A DNA stretch of 36,145 nucleotides from Octopus bimaculoides (Eukaryota), in contig NC_069003.1 of assembly GCF_001194135.2 (NCBI RefSeq), forward strand, positions 21,516,014 to 21,552,158, written 5' to 3'. The translations under genes and the position numbers were made by a program. The notes under the pieces were generated by a model that made no database searches, was not told where the DNA came from, and saw only the letters and a program-made list of their open reading frames with translations. How positions within the stretch are numbered: the stretch's first letter is position 1; each line of letters starts with the position of its first letter. Below are positions 33,825 to 36,145 of this stretch, in pieces.

Positions 33825-33970
33825 AAGGTCTTTATTTACATTATTTACAATTGACGGATATTTGTCCTCATCTTGTTTGTTGTTAACACAACGTTTCGGC
33901 TGATATACCCTCCAAGCCTTCATCAGGTGTCTTGGGGAAATTTCAAACCTGGGTTCTCATTCATAAGGTA
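33825..33970 (-). mobile_element. Short Penelope-like repeat, family P3
   Basis: CpG-retaining ~145-bp segment with a hammerhead and a gtaaataa-repeat tail on the minus strand. Confidence 0.6.
33885..33931 (-). ncRNA. Minimal type-I hammerhead ribozyme
   Basis: gacac-CUGAUGA-A-GGCU-(13-nt loop)-AGCC-GAAAC-GUU-guguu. 5-bp stem I, 4-bp stem II, and palindromic AACGUU in place of stem III. Confidence 0.75.
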
Positions 33971-34224
33971 CTTGGCAAGCCTGCTGGTGCTGGTGCCACA
34001 TAAAAAGTGCCTGTGCCATGTAACAAGCACTTGCCAACGGGATTAAATACCACAAAGTGTTTTCTTCAACCTTGTCAATTTTGCTAATTTGTTGCCATTT
34101 AGAAGAATAATTCTTATTTATTGTTTAATCAAGAGAGGAGGGAGACACCCCCAAGCCAAAGACTTGATCCAAATGCTTGAAATGTGTGGACTGCAGTAAA
34201 GATGCCCAAGGACCTGGGGGTGAC

Positions 34225-34470
34225 AACTGATTAAGACCACCACCCAAGTAGGCCATGGTGGGATTTGAACTCAGAACACAATGAGCCAAAACAAATACCA
34301 TGAAGTGTCCCTCTAATGCTCTAATGATTCCACCAATATAGGTTGGTGCTTTCATTGCTCCCAGAAGAATGAAAGCTGAAGTTGGCCTCAGCAGGATTTG
34401 AACACTGAACCCAAAAAGCCAGGCTACATACTACAAGGTATTTTATTTGATGCTCTACCAACTCTGCTAA
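34225..34470 (-). mobile_element. Two degenerate family B fragments
   Basis: ggatttgaactcagaac at about 34262 and gttggcctcagcaggatttgaacac at about 34381. Confidence 0.7.
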
Positions 34471-34489
34471 TTTACAATAACAATTGTTA

Positions 34490-34838
34490 CCAGCATAACC
34501 TTACTGGCACTTGTGCAGGTGGCACATGTAAAACAACATTCAAGCGAAGTCTTGCCAGTGCCGCTGGATTGGCTCCTGTGCAGGTGCCACGTAAAAAACA
34601 GCATTTGAGCATGGTCATTGCTAGTACCACCTGACGGGCCCTCATGCCAGTGGTATGTAAAAGTACCCAATACACTCTCAGAGTGGTTGGCGTTAGAAAG
34701 GGCATCCAGCTGTAGAAACTCTGCCAAATCAGATTGGAGCCTGGTGCAGCCATCTGGCTCGCCAATCCTCAGTCAAACCGTCCAACTCATGCCAGCATGG
34801 AAAGCGGATGTTAAACAATGATGATGATGATGATGATG
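34490..34838 (+). mobile_element. Retroposon family D, best-preserved copy, with an (ATG)n tail
   Basis: ggttggcgttagaaagggcatccagctgtagaaac (V-SINE-domain-like, from memory of the consensus and unverified) ... gccagcatggaaagcggatgttaaacaatgatgatg. Confidence 0.85.
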
Positions 34839-35039
34839 AATACTTTATATTATAGGCACAAGACTTGAAATTTTGAGTAAAGGTGTCTAGTCAATTACAT
34901 TGACCTCAGTAATTGAGTGACATTTATTCCTTCAAACACAAAAGGATGAAAAATAAAGTTGACCTCAATAGAATTTAAAGTTAGGACATAAAATGCCACA
35001 TCATTTTGTCTGGAATGTTGAAAATTCTACTAGCTTGCA

Positions 35040-35072
<33 letters not shown>

Positions 35073-35094
35073 ATAATAATAATAATAATGATGA

Positions 35095-35590
35095 GCAGTG
35101 ACTCTAATGGCTTAACTGATTGGAAGTGTTGTCACATACATGTTTTGTCTTGGTGTAAAAGATGGGCTACAGCAAATATTCTGCTCACTACCACAGATTT
35201 GCTTGTCAGTTTGACCTTAACCACTTGAGCATGTCCTTTAGTGGCTGATGATATGTGCATCTCTGATCACAAGCAGAACTAGTGGGGGAGCATCATAGTC
35301 ATGTGTTGCGAGGAATTCTTTGGGGTTTGAACAATTCACCTCTGGAAACATGGGTCCTTTGTTCATCATCCTTAAACAACCCATATTCACAGACCTTTTG
35401 GGCAGGATGGACTATTAAATCAGAAGAAAATTCTAACTAGGTCCCACCTGCAAGGTCATGTGTTGTTTATCTTGATACAAGATCACTATGTCACACACAG
35501 ATGGTGGTGACGCATGTGCCTGGTGTACCCTTAACAGGACAAGTAGCCATGGTAAGTATATTGGGCTTTGTATATTTGTACCCCAGTATC
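35095..35590 (+). repeat. Unclassified interspersed repeat, ~500 bp
   Basis: Its end matches the reverse complement of 23449-23506. Flanked by an (AAT)n tract and family B remnants. Confidence 0.55.
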
Positions 35591-35594
35591 ACTA

Positions 35595-35709
35595 AAGGCA
35601 GAATCTGAACTCAGAACATAAAGATGATCAAACATACATTATGCATTTTATCCAGCATATTAAAGATTTTGTCAGCTTGCCACTTAATAATAATAATAAT
35701 AATAATAAT

Positions 35710-35752
<43 letters not shown>

Positions 35753-35800
35753 GTGTCAAATTTTGGCACAAGGCCACCAATTTTAGGGGGAGAGGGCCGA
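35595..35800 (-). mobile_element. Family B fragments separated by an (AAT)n tract
   Basis: gaatctgaactcagaac, and tcaaattttggcacaaggcc (reverse complement of the B tail). Confidence 0.7.
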
Positions 35801-36113
35801 AACAGATAGGCTAAGTCAAAGTAGCTTCTGTGAACTTACCTTAAGTGCAATGGTATAAAGATATGGTTACATTTCCTCTAGCAGCAGCAGCAGCGACATT
35901 GGCAGTAGCAGCAGCATCTTTCAATGTGTTTACGGTAAAATTAATCCATTTCATCAAAGGTTATTTCATCCTAAAAATGATAAAACAGAAAAAGATAAAT
36001 ATAAAAAACAATAAACACAGTGGGATTGAACCCAGGATCTAGTAGTTCTGAAGGGAACTTTTTAACTACATTCCCATACTTGTACCAATTTATAGTACAT
36101 CATTCTACTATTG

Positions 36114-36145
<32 letters not shown>

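Noticed and set aside
35245-35270. CTGATGA within the unclassified repeat
   Set aside because: No adjoining helix or GAAA. Expected by chance.
35834-35954. Perfect donor AAG|GTAAGT (minus) after a poly-Ala ORF
   Set aside because: The ORF stops just before the donor, the Ala run is a (GCT)n repeat, and one such 9-mer is plausible by chance.
301-36042. Most ORFs in the supplied track (HTHT, YIYI, CVCV, poly-I/L/N and X-filled)
   Set aside because: They are translations of microsatellites or N gaps, not genes.

Overview
AT-rich, microsatellite-dense eukaryotic DNA with about 3 kb of assembly gaps. The main gaps are at 8885-9377, 13995-14229, 16838-17501, 22282-22542, 24320-24947 and 25844-26163. 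The SINE types and simple-repeat density suggest an octopus/cephalopod draft assembly, but this is inference and no search was run. I recognise no host gene. Most of the window is transposon debris: at least five tRNA-derived or SINE-like families (labelled A-E here), a decayed and internally deleted DD37D Tc1/mariner element, two hAT MITEs with 8-bp TSDs, a piggyBac-type MITE family, a Helentron-associated (HINE-like) element and a ~630-bp foldback element. The most notable signal is five minimal type-I hammerhead ribozyme motifs, one nearly intact, carried by three different short Penelope-like repeat families. All five share an extra A after the CUGANGA box and lack a real stem III, with GAAAC running directly into the cleavage-site triplet. 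Four of the five carriers abut (TA)n-type microsatellites. A speculative three-exon minus-strand ORF (128 aa, 9580 to 4649) can be assembled with matching splice phases, but I do not recognise the protein. Nearly all ORFs in the supplied track are microsatellite, gap or antisense-SINE artefacts. Repeat boundaries are approximate (about 10 bp) unless TSDs or TIRs are quoted.
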